From an uncultured Bacteroidaceae bacterium (GTDB taxonomy: Bacteria > Bacillota > Clostridia > Christensenellales > CAG-917): a stretch of 64,000 bases of DNA. The stretch lies in assembly GCA_964637515.1 (NCBI GenBank), contig CAZWUI010000002.1, forward strand, positions 16,665-80,664, in the 5' to 3' direction. This document shows positions 47,960-56,193 of this stretch, in pieces; within the stretch, counting starts at the first letter, position 1; the number at the start of each line of letters is the position of its first letter. A program made the translations under genes and the position numbers. Under the pieces are notes generated by a model. That model had not been told where the DNA came from and did no database searches. It saw nothing but the letters and a program-made list of their open reading frames with translations.

Positions 47960-49480
47960 ATGAATATTAGTCTTGTTTTCAAATTTTTGAGAGCGTTCCT
48001 CGGAGCGTTCTACGTTAATGGCATCGGCTCTATCTTTTGGGGTTTCTTGCATATCTTCTACAACGACGGTTACTCGGAGGCTTTCAAAAACTACACCGAC
48101 CAGTTCGGCGCAGGCGAGTGGGCTGTCTCCATTATCTTTATCATACTCATCATCGCCGCTATCGTCGCTATTGTCGGCCTTATCGTTTTCGGCATAATCA
48201 AGCTCGTGCGTATCAATAAAAACGTCGTCCTCCCTCAAGACCTCGTCGAAGAATGCGCCAACCTCAAAAAACAAATCATCAAAATGTCCGCCGAAAAGGA
48301 TAGAATCCTCGGTATGAAGGTCAGCGACGTCGGCAACTACGACGGCGAAGAGCCCGAAGAAGGCAAAGAGCCCAGCGCTGAAGAAGCCGTCAAAGCAGGG
48401 GAGTCGCGTTTCTACAAACTCACCGAAATCGACCAAATCTACGAAAATTACGTTCCCCCTGTATACGACGACGAGATCACTCTTCCCGAACTTTGCGACC
48501 GTTTCAGAAATTTCGCATGCTCGCGTATGCGCCTTTTCTATAATCCGCGTATCATCCGCTTGTTCATCGCAGGTATGTCAACTTCGCGTTTGATGATCTT
48601 GCAAGGTATTTCCGGTACAGGTAAAACTTCACTCCCGCACGCTATGGGTATCTTCCTCAATAACCCCGCAACTATCGCTTCCGTTCAGCCGTCTTGGCGT
48701 GACCGTACCGAACTTTTCGGCTACTTCAACGAATTTACAAAACGATTCAACGAAACCGAAGTCTTGAAAAAAATGTACGAGGCGACTTGGAATAAGAATA
48801 TCTACCTCACCGTCCTCGACGAAATGAACATCGCGCGTGTCGAGTACTACTTCGCAGAAATGCTCTCCATTCTCGAAATGCCGTCCCGTGACGAGTGGAT
48901 CGTTGACCTTGTTCCGTCAGGTTGGCCTAATGACCCGAAACATATCGATAAAGGCCGTTTCAAACTCCCCGAAAATATGTGGTTCATCGGCACCGCAAAC
49001 AACGACGACTCCACCTTCGCTATCTCGGATAAGGTTTACGACCGTGCTATGCCTATCAACATCAACTCCAAAGGCGTCGCTTTCGACGCTCCTTATGCGG
49101 AGTCGATCTATATCAGTTACGAGCACCTTGAAAGTATGTTCAAGGACGCTATGGTCGAACATAAGGTGTCTCAAGAAAACCTTGACAAAATCGACCAACT
49201 TGACGACTACGTCATCAAACACTTCAGACTCGCATTTGGTAACCGTATCGTCAAACAGCTCAAAGAATTTGTTCCCGCTTACGTCGCTTGCGGTGGTACC
49301 GAACTAGACGGTCTCGATTACGTTCTTTGTAACAAGATTTTGCGTAAGTTCGAATCCCTCAACTTGTCCTACATCCGCGACGAAATCGACGGTCTAATCC
49401 TTTATCTGTCTGATCAGTTCGGGGAAGACTCGATGGAAGAGTGCAAGGAGTATTTGCAACGCTTGAAGAAACTCTTTTAA
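47960..49480 (+). CDS. Membrane-anchored McrB-like AAA+ (AAA_5 family) NTPase
   Basis: Two N-terminal hydrophobic helices (res ~8-32 and ~55-80) and a coiled coil. Walker A LQGISGTGKTS, Walker B with McrB-family continuation LTVLDEMNIARVEYYFAEMLSILE, and WFIGTANNDDSTFAISDKVYDRAM (an NxxD like McrB NTAD). No obvious RBS. Confidence 0.75.
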   Translation: MNISLVFKFLRAFLGAFYVNGIGSIFWGFLHIFYNDGYSEAFKNYTDQFGAGEWAVSIIFIILIIAAIVAIVGLIVFGIIKLVRINKNVVLPQDLVEECANLKKQIIKMSAEKDRILGMKVSDVGNYDGEEPEEGKEPSAEEAVKAGESRFYKLTEIDQIYENYVPPVYDDEITLPELCDRFRNFACSRMRLFYNPRIIRLFIAGMSTSRLMILQGISGTGKTSLPHAMGIFLNNPATIASVQPSWRDRTELFGYFNEFTKRFNETEVLKKMYEATWNKNIYLTVLDEMNIARVEYYFAEMLSILEMPSRDEWIVDLVPSGWPNDPKHIDKGRFKLPENMWFIGTANNDDSTFAISDKVYDRAMPININSKGVAFDAPYAESIYISYEHLESMFKDAMVEHKVSQENLDKIDQLDDYVIKHFRLAFGNRIVKQLKEFVPAYVACGGTELDGLDYVLCNKILRKFESLNLSYIRDEIDGLILYLSDQFGEDSMEECKEYLQRLKKLF

Positions 49481-49643
49481 ACGACGCTATTTGGCGCCTT
49501 GCGTTGTCGGCTTTACGGGTGCTCGCACTCACGTACTACGTGTACGTTTCACGCTTGCCTTCCGCACCTTCCCGGCAATGCATCCAAATATCGCCGTTTG
49601 GGGTGGACTGAACAGTGTGTGCGTGACGTCATAGCAGTTCTCT

Positions 49644-52559
49644 TTGCGGCTGTTTGAGTTCGATAAGAGTTTCGTACGCTTGGCGACAAAACCTATAAGC
49701 ATTAACGTATATCGCTTTGCGATAATGAGAGATATGTCCGATAATAAATTGACCAAAGACGTTTATCTGCAGTATGCTAAAAAAATCGTTTCCGTTCTCT
49801 ACGGCGACGACTTCTTTAACCAATACAAAAAAAGAGTCGACGACGGTTTCGCAGATTTCAAACTCGTCAAAAAACGCCTAATTCAAGATATTTCCGTCGA
49901 TTGGATCGATACAATCGAGGACGTCTTGCCCAATCTCGATGCTATCGTCCGTAACCCACGTAGGTTCATCGTGCAGGAAGAAGATATCGTCGATATTTCG
50001 CTCGCAAAGGCTATCTCTACCGAGTCCGTCAAACACCTTGCGCAACATACCAATATGATCTCCAAGGTCGACGAGGACGGCACCGTTACCCCTAACAGAA
50101 TACTTAATATCACAAAGGAAGAATCCTTTGAAATATACGAAAACCGCTTTATATTCACCTTGCTTTTGAAGCTCAAAGACTTCGTGCAGATGCGCTACGA
50201 CAAAATCAAAAAGGCATCCGCAACTCAAGATGTCTTGCAGCTCAACGTGGATAGCAAGTTCAATTTGCCGTCAAAGAAGGTCACCTATCGAACGGAATAT
50301 ATGGCGCAACTCAGTTTCGACGAGGTCATGAGAATGGACCCCGAAACCCTCGAAAAAATCGAAAGAGTTGCCAAAATCGACAGAATTATCACCGACTTTT
50401 TGAGTTCGTCTTTCGCAAAGTCGATGAGAAATTCCGCTCCCGTCCGTCCGCCTATCACGCGTACTAACGTCATCTTGAAAGAACCTAACTTCAAGAAAGC
50501 GTTGACTCTTTGGCAGTTCATCGAAACATATCAGGCGACCGGCGGTTTCTCCACGTCGGACGATATCGAGGACTACAAAATCGAGGATAATTCGCAACAG
50601 CAACTTCGTCAAATGGTCACTCTCAATACCATGCTTTTCGAGAGTCTATACGACCAGCACGAAACGGATATGGACCTCGACGACGCTCAATTCACCGACC
50701 TTTTGAGAGTGGGCGACCTCGACTTCGGCAAGGACGAAATCCAACACGACGAATACTCTCAAAAACTCGACGAAGAAGATAAGACGGAAGATAGCGATAA
50801 GCAGGAAGAAGTTTCTCAAACGGAGTCCGAAGAACAAAAGGAACAAGAACAAGAAACTCCGCCCGAAGAAGTCGAAGTCGAAAAAGAAGTCATCGAAGAA
50901 CAAGAAATCGAAGTGGATAAGGACAAAGAAGTCGAAACACCTCCCAAGGACGAGCCCGACGACGAAGAGCCCGATGCCGATAAATTCGATCAAAACCTGT
51001 TCGATATACGAAAACTCTATAAACGCCCCGAAGATGACAAACTCCGTCAGGAAGAAGTGTCCAAAATCAAGGACGCTATCGATCGTTGTCTTGTCGCATA
51101 CCGCAAAATCAAACAGGAAGAACTCGACGAAAGAGACCGCGAAGAGAATGCGAAACGCAGAAAAGCAGAACTCGAAAAACGTGCGGAAGCTTTCCGTTCT
51201 AAAAAAGCGGAATTCGGCGATCAGGACGGACAAATCTATCTCGGTACGGACGCTTTCGGCAAGTCCGTCGTGCAGGATAAGAAAGAAGAATTCAAGAAAG
51301 CACATAAAGAACTGTTCTCAAATCGTAACGAACGCCTCGATCTCGGCGATAAGGACCTTGAAAATATCCGCAAGAGTATTGAAGCTATGGAACAGGAACG
51401 CGCAAAAGACGAAGAACGTCGCAATAAAATCGCGTTCGCAGGAGACGGAGAAGAGAGAGAAGTTGATGAAACCGATATTCCCGTCGTCGATCTCGACGCT
51501 CAACTCAAAGCGAAAGAAGAACTCGAACGCAGAAATTCCGTTCGCTTTGACGGTGAGAGAAATCTACTTGCAGGCGGCATAGGTGCGGACACTTCATTCG
51601 TCGATAAACGCAAGAAGAAAACAGAAGAAATCAAACCGCGTACGACTACGCTCAAACCGACTTCAAGCAAGGTCAAACGTCAACGCGTCATAGAGCCCGT
51701 GGACGAAAATAAGGTCAAAGTCGGAGATGCTCCCGTCCAATTCGACGACGGATTCGGCAATACGTTCGGTGAACAAAAAGCAAATCTCGGCGACTTGTCC
51801 ACCGTGCAAAAACCCGCTCGCAAGAAAAAGAAATTGGAAGAAGTCGTACCCGAAAACGCAGACGTCAAGACCGAAACCGCGGTCGAAACCGCTCCCGAAA
51901 CGGTCAAACCCAGAACCAGAAAGGCAGAGCCTAGAGATCCGTGGGCATTGTCGCCGACCACACTCAATCAACGCTACGACGTCGCAAGCGGTAAAGTGCG
52001 CAACTTCGAGGCGGTTGACGAAAACAAGGTCAAAGTCGGAAAAGCCCCCGTAAAGAATGCGAACGCAGGGGACCTTCTCGACGATACGTTTGAAGACCAA
52101 AGAGCAAATCTCGGCAACTTCGACAAGAAACCTGTGGTGAAAGTCGAAGAAAAGACGGAAGAGCCTAAACCCGTCAAGAAGAGAACGAGAAAGCCTAAAA
52201 CTGAAAAAGCACCCGAAGTGAAATCCGAAGATACGGCGGAAACCGCAGGTGCCGATACCGCACAGGAAAGCAAGGTCGAAACTCCTGTCGCAGAAGAGAA
52301 GAAAGAAGAAAAGAAACCAAAAATCAGAAAGGCAGAGCCTAGAGATCCGTGGGCGTTGTCCCCGACCACTCTCAATCAGCGTTACGACGTTGCAAGCGGT
52401 AAAGTGCGCAACTTCGAGGCGGTTGACGAAAACAAGGTCAAAGTCGGAAAAGCCCCCGTAAAGAATGCGAACGCAGGGGATCTTCTCGACGATACGTTTG
52501 AAGATCAAAAGGCAAATTTGGGTATAAAAAAGAAGAAAAACGAGGATGATAAGGATTGA
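49644..52559 (+). CDS. Large acidic protein with McrC/DUF2357-like N-terminal domain, no recognisable nuclease, and a C-terminal repeated module
   Basis: It lies immediately downstream of the McrB-like gene. Residues ~90-190 fit the McrC N-domain/DUF2357 pattern (...RRFIVQEEDIVDISLAK...ITKEESFEIYENRFIFTLLLKL...). I see no D..(D/E)xK motif. Residues ~340-700 are E/D/K-rich. A 66-aa module occurs twice, plus one degenerate copy. The true start is uncertain (ATG 49644, 49725 or 49734). Confidence 0.6.
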   Translation: MRLFEFDKSFVRLATKPISINVYRFAIMRDMSDNKLTKDVYLQYAKKIVSVLYGDDFFNQYKKRVDDGFADFKLVKKRLIQDISVDWIDTIEDVLPNLDAIVRNPRRFIVQEEDIVDISLAKAISTESVKHLAQHTNMISKVDEDGTVTPNRILNITKEESFEIYENRFIFTLLLKLKDFVQMRYDKIKKASATQDVLQLNVDSKFNLPSKKVTYRTEYMAQLSFDEVMRMDPETLEKIERVAKIDRIITDFLSSSFAKSMRNSAPVRPPITRTNVILKEPNFKKALTLWQFIETYQATGGFSTSDDIEDYKIEDNSQQQLRQMVTLNTMLFESLYDQHETDMDLDDAQFTDLLRVGDLDFGKDEIQHDEYSQKLDEEDKTEDSDKQEEVSQTESEEQKEQEQETPPEEVEVEKEVIEEQEIEVDKDKEVETPPKDEPDDEEPDADKFDQNLFDIRKLYKRPEDDKLRQEEVSKIKDAIDRCLVAYRKIKQEELDERDREENAKRRKAELEKRAEAFRSKKAEFGDQDGQIYLGTDAFGKSVVQDKKEEFKKAHKELFSNRNERLDLGDKDLENIRKSIEAMEQERAKDEERRNKIAFAGDGEEREVDETDIPVVDLDAQLKAKEELERRNSVRFDGERNLLAGGIGADTSFVDKRKKKTEEIKPRTTTLKPTSSKVKRQRVIEPVDENKVKVGDAPVQFDDGFGNTFGEQKANLGDLSTVQKPARKKKKLEEVVPENADVKTETAVETAPETVKPRTRKAEPRDPWALSPTTLNQRYDVASGKVRNFEAVDENKVKVGKAPVKNANAGDLLDDTFEDQRANLGNFDKKPVVKVEEKTEEPKPVKKRTRKPKTEKAPEVKSEDTAETAGADTAQESKVETPVAEEKKEEKKPKIRKAEPRDPWALSPTTLNQRYDVASGKVRNFEAVDENKVKVGKAPVKNANAGDLLDDTFEDQKANLGIKKKKNEDDKD
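51917..52523 (+). repeat. Intragenic direct duplication: two 199-bp copies with 408-bp period
   Basis: 51917-52115 and 52325-52523 are near-identical, with a central ~100-bp stretch that matches exactly. Both encode RKAEPRDPWALSPTTLNQRYDVASGKVRNFEAVDENKVKVGKAPVKNANAGDLLDDTFEDQ(R/K)ANLG. Confidence 0.92.
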
Positions 52560-53362
52560 TGTCCCCGGAAACTAAAACTAAAATCAAAAAAATATATAAT
52601 ATTTTTTCCACGGTTATATTCGCCGTGGTTTTCCTTTTCTTCGTGCTGGTCATAATATTTTCTATGGTGCAGAAAAACCAAGGAAAAGACGTCAAGATTT
52701 TCGGGCATTATATGTACACAATTCTCACGGATAGTATGGTGCCCACTCTAAATCCGTCAGACGTCATTTGGTGCAAGGCGATAGAAGAAGGGGATATTGT
52801 CGAAGGCGCGATTATAACCTTTGTTGTGCCCGAAGGACACGGCGGTTTGTCGGGTAGAAACGACACTCATAGAATTGTGGAAATCGAGCGTGACGAAAAC
52901 GGCATTATCACGGGTATTTACACTCAAGGGGACAACAGCACCGTCAGGGATAATTGGAAATTGACAGTGGACGACGTGAAGGCGGTTATGTCAAAAAAAC
53001 TCGTGGTCGTCAGTGCGCTCATCAAATTCATAAGCGAATATAGATTCTTGGCATATATGGTGTTAATCGTCCTACCTCTCGGCTCGATAGCGGTCATGTT
53101 TGGAATATCCTACGTCAGGGAGAAAGTCAAGGAAAAGAAAGCGGAAACCGCAGGCGGAGAAGTCGCACTTGACGATTTGTCCGACGAGGACAAGAAAAAG
53201 ATGCTTGAAGAATTTTTGGCGCAGTCAACGGCAGAAAAATCTGAGAGTGAAGAAAACGATCAATTTGGCGAAGGAAACTCACTGCAAACGACAGAAGATG
53301 CGATTAGAATGCCTGAAAACGACGAAAACACTCCCGAATGCAACGAAAACAGTGACGATTGA
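52559..53362 (+). CDS. Second SipW-type signal peptidase I, long form with C-terminal TM and acidic tail
   Basis: Ser box ILTDSMVPTL, His box DTHRIVE, GDN box TQGDNSTVRD, a second TM (FLAYMVLIVLPLGSIAVMFGI), and the tail LDDLSDEDKKKMLEEFLAQ. ATG 52559 overlaps the TGA of the preceding gene (TGATG). The ORF-track start 52556 is a TTG. Confidence 0.85.
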   Translation: MSPETKTKIKKIYNIFSTVIFAVVFLFFVLVIIFSMVQKNQGKDVKIFGHYMYTILTDSMVPTLNPSDVIWCKAIEEGDIVEGAIITFVVPEGHGGLSGRNDTHRIVEIERDENGIITGIYTQGDNSTVRDNWKLTVDDVKAVMSKKLVVVSALIKFISEYRFLAYMVLIVLPLGSIAVMFGISYVREKVKEKKAETAGGEVALDDLSDEDKKKMLEEFLAQSTAEKSESEENDQFGEGNSLQTTEDAIRMPENDENTPECNENSDD

Positions 53363-53430
53363 CAATTTGAAAACGGTCGTTTCGTGGAAAGAATAAAACA
53401 AAAAAAATTGAGAAAATAATCACAGATTTG

Positions 53431-53457
53431 CGCACTCTAACGGGTGCGTTTTTCTTT
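53431..53457 (+). terminator. rho-independent terminator closing the accessory cluster
   Basis: Stem cgcac/gtgcg (extendable) followed by TTTTTCTTT. Confidence 0.65.
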
Positions 53458-53555
53458 GCGGTCGCAAGCGGGGTATTTTGTTCGTTATCGCTCTTGCGTT
53501 TTCGCCAATACTATGCTAAAATAAGATACTAATATAATATATAATGGAGTTTGCT

Positions 53556-55085
53556 ATGCTGGCGAAAGTCAAAAGTTACGCTCTCGACGGGCTTATCGGC
53601 TATGAAGTCGACGTCGAACTCGATATAAACAGCGGTCTTCCGTCTTACGAACTCGTAGGACTTGCCTCCACTGCGACGAAAGAGTCGAAAGAAAGGGTGC
53701 GTTCCGCGGTCAAAAATAGCGGTTTCACTTACCCTATGAAGAGAGTCACCATAAATCTTGCGCCCGCAGACGTGAAGAAAGAAGGTCCGTCCTTCGATTT
53801 GCCCATTGCGATTGCAATGCTACAAGCAAGCGAGCAAATTCAATCCAAGAAGTATAAGGATTTCGTTTTCGTCGGTGAACTCGGACTCGACGGCAGACTC
53901 CGCTCGGTCAATGGCATAATGCCCATACTCCTTTCTGCATTGCAAGCGGGGTGCAAAAACTTCGTCATTCCGTCCGCTAACGCCAAAGAGGCAAGTTATA
54001 TTGAAGGGATAACCGTTTACGCTATGGACGGATTGAAACAGGTGGTGGATTTCTTGAACGGCGGAGAATATTCTCCCGTCGAAACATCCGATTTCGTGTC
54101 CGTATGCACGGTGCACGGCTACGGTGTGGATATGAGCGACGTGAAAGGGCAGGCGGTAGCAAAACGCGCCCTTGAAATCGCAGTGAGCGGTGGACACAAT
54201 CTTCTCATGCTCGGACCTCCCGGAGCGGGCAAGACTATGCTTGCAAAATGCGTGCCTACCATTATGCCGGATATGTCCTTTGAAGAAGCGGTCGAAGTCA
54301 CAAAGATACATTCTGTTTCGGGGATTTTGGACCCGTCCGTCGGCATAGTCACCACAAGACCTTTCAGGACTCCGCACCACACCACTACGGTGCCTACTCT
54401 CGTCGGTGGCGGAGCGAAAGCGACTCCCGGTGAAGTCAGTCTTGCGCATAACGGCGTTTTGTTCCTTGACGAAATGCCCGAATATAGCCGCAGAGCGTTG
54501 GAAACTCTCCGTCAACCCCTTGAAGATAGGCGGGTTACGGTGGCAAGAGTGGCAAGAAGCGTGGAATATCCCTCGAACTTTATGCTCATTGCGAGTATGA
54601 ATCCCTGTCCTTGCGGAAACTACGGCAGTAGAACGCAGGTTTGTAGGTGTACGCCCGCTCAAATTCATACCTACGTGTCGAAACTATCCGGTCCGTTGCT
54701 CGACAGAATAGACTTGCAAGTCGAAGTGGACAACGTCGTCTACGAAGAATTGAGAGGACGAGATAAGGCGGAATCGTCGGCGGAGGTCAAGGCCCGTATC
54801 AACCGCGCAAGAGAGTTGCAAGCAAAGAGATTTGCAGAGGACGGTATCTCCACAAACGCCGAAATGGAAAGCAAACAAATAGAGAAATATTGCAGTCTTG
54901 ACAGCGACGGCGAAAGGCTGTTGCAAAAGGCATTCGACAGACTCAATCTATCCGCACGAGGTACGACGAGAATACTCAAAGTCGCAAGGACGATAGCCGA
55001 CCTCGACGGTAGCGAAAACGTACTTGGCAAGCATATTGCCGAAGCGATACAATATCGCAGTCTTGATAGGAAATACACCATATGA
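53556..55085 (+). CDS. comM: YifB/ComM-family Mg-chelatase-like AAA+ ATPase
   Basis: N-terminal Lon-protease-like domain, Walker A GPPGAGKTMLA, Walker B LFLDEMPE, and CxC...C motif NPCPCGNYGS..C.C. The start was placed at ATG 53556 after GGAG. Confidence 0.92.
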   Translation: MLAKVKSYALDGLIGYEVDVELDINSGLPSYELVGLASTATKESKERVRSAVKNSGFTYPMKRVTINLAPADVKKEGPSFDLPIAIAMLQASEQIQSKKYKDFVFVGELGLDGRLRSVNGIMPILLSALQAGCKNFVIPSANAKEASYIEGITVYAMDGLKQVVDFLNGGEYSPVETSDFVSVCTVHGYGVDMSDVKGQAVAKRALEIAVSGGHNLLMLGPPGAGKTMLAKCVPTIMPDMSFEEAVEVTKIHSVSGILDPSVGIVTTRPFRTPHHTTTVPTLVGGGAKATPGEVSLAHNGVLFLDEMPEYSRRALETLRQPLEDRRVTVARVARSVEYPSNFMLIASMNPCPCGNYGSRTQVCRCTPAQIHTYVSKLSGPLLDRIDLQVEVDNVVYEELRGRDKAESSAEVKARINRARELQAKRFAEDGISTNAEMESKQIEKYCSLDSDGERLLQKAFDRLNLSARGTTRILKVARTIADLDGSENVLGKHIAEAIQYRSLDRKYTI

Positions 55086-56164
55086 ACGGACGGTCTTCCG
55101 CACATAAAGCACTGGTTGCCTTGCAATCGATCGAAGAACTTTCTTTGAAAAAGAAAAGAGAGTTGCTCGTTGCATTGCCAAACCCTGACGAGTGGACTTG
55201 CAAGGATAATTCGGATATACTTTTGTCCGCTCTCGGCGACAGGTATAAGACGGAATTTTTAAGCAAAATTTCATCGGTGGACGAGATAATGGATAAGATG
55301 AGTCTTGCAGGGGTGAATTGGGTGTCTATGATTGACGACGAATATCCCGACGCACTCCGTGAGATTTATGACGTACCGCCGGTGCTGTTTTGCAAAGGCA
55401 ACGTATCCTTGCTCAACTCGAAGTGTATAGGCGTCGTCGGCACTCGCACTCCCACTCGCTACGGACAAAAGGTTTGCGACTCTTTCAGTAGAGAATTTGC
55501 AAGGTCGGGACTGACGATAGTTTCGGGTTTTGCAAGGGGAGTCGACTCAATCGCACACAAGGCGGCGGTCGAATCGGACGCACCGACAATCGCGGTGTTT
55601 GCTTGCGGACTCGACACCTGCTATCCGTCCGAGCATAGAGGACTATACGACGCAATAATAGGGCATAATGGTCTTATCGTCAGCGAGTATCCCCTTGGCG
55701 TGAAACCCTTGCAATATCACTTCCCCGAAAGGAATAGAATTATCAGCGGACTGTCCGAAGGCGTATTTCTTCCCGAAGCGACTTTGAAAAGCGGATCGCT
55801 CATAACCGCAAGGCTTGCGATAGAGCAGGGCAAAGAGTTGTTCGTAGTCCCCGGAAATATCAATTCCCCCGAGAGCGAAGGCACGAACAAACTGTTGCAA
55901 GAAATGCCGCACTCTCTCGTGCTCGAAGCGGAAGACGTATTTTCCAGGCTCGGAGTCAAGCAGGTGAAAAGAGAAACCGAAGTCGTAGAGTTGAATATGG
56001 CGGAAACTATGATAGTGGACGCTCTGCACGACAAGGAGTTGCACTTTGAAGAATTGCTTGAAATAAGCGGGCTTGCCGCGGGCGAACTTAATACCATACT
56101 CATGAGTCTCGAACTCAACGGAATAATCGAAGAAACGGGCGGAAATCACTACGCACTTGCGTAA
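55082..56164 (+). CDS. dprA: DNA-processing protein DprA
   Basis: GVVGTRTPTRYG, SGFARGVDSIAHKAA, GSLITA, and a C-terminal winged helix. Confidence 0.92.
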   Translation: MNGRSSAHKALVALQSIEELSLKKKRELLVALPNPDEWTCKDNSDILLSALGDRYKTEFLSKISSVDEIMDKMSLAGVNWVSMIDDEYPDALREIYDVPPVLFCKGNVSLLNSKCIGVVGTRTPTRYGQKVCDSFSREFARSGLTIVSGFARGVDSIAHKAAVESDAPTIAVFACGLDTCYPSEHRGLYDAIIGHNGLIVSEYPLGVKPLQYHFPERNRIISGLSEGVFLPEATLKSGSLITARLAIEQGKELFVVPGNINSPESEGTNKLLQEMPHSLVLEAEDVFSRLGVKQVKRETEVVELNMAETMIVDALHDKELHFEELLEISGLAAGELNTILMSLELNGIIEETGGNHYALA

Positions 56165-56193
56165 TTATCCGCCGTCCATATAAAGGAGCAATA

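Noticed and set aside
47960-52559. Annotating the AAA+/partner pair as a classical McrBC modification-dependent restriction system.
   Set aside because: The McrB-like protein has a two-TM N-terminus instead of a DNA-binding domain. I find no PD-(D/E)xK motif in the partner. The flanking genes are secretion and fibre related. A defence role cannot be excluded but is not supported.
41153-53460. The accessory cluster as a tRNA-Leu-integrated mobile genomic island or prophage.
   Set aside because: I saw no integrase, transposase, phage or conjugation gene. I found no direct repeat of the tRNA-Leu 3' end at the right boundary (53363-53543). Codon usage of most cluster genes looks like the core. 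Adjacency to tRNA genes alone is insufficient.
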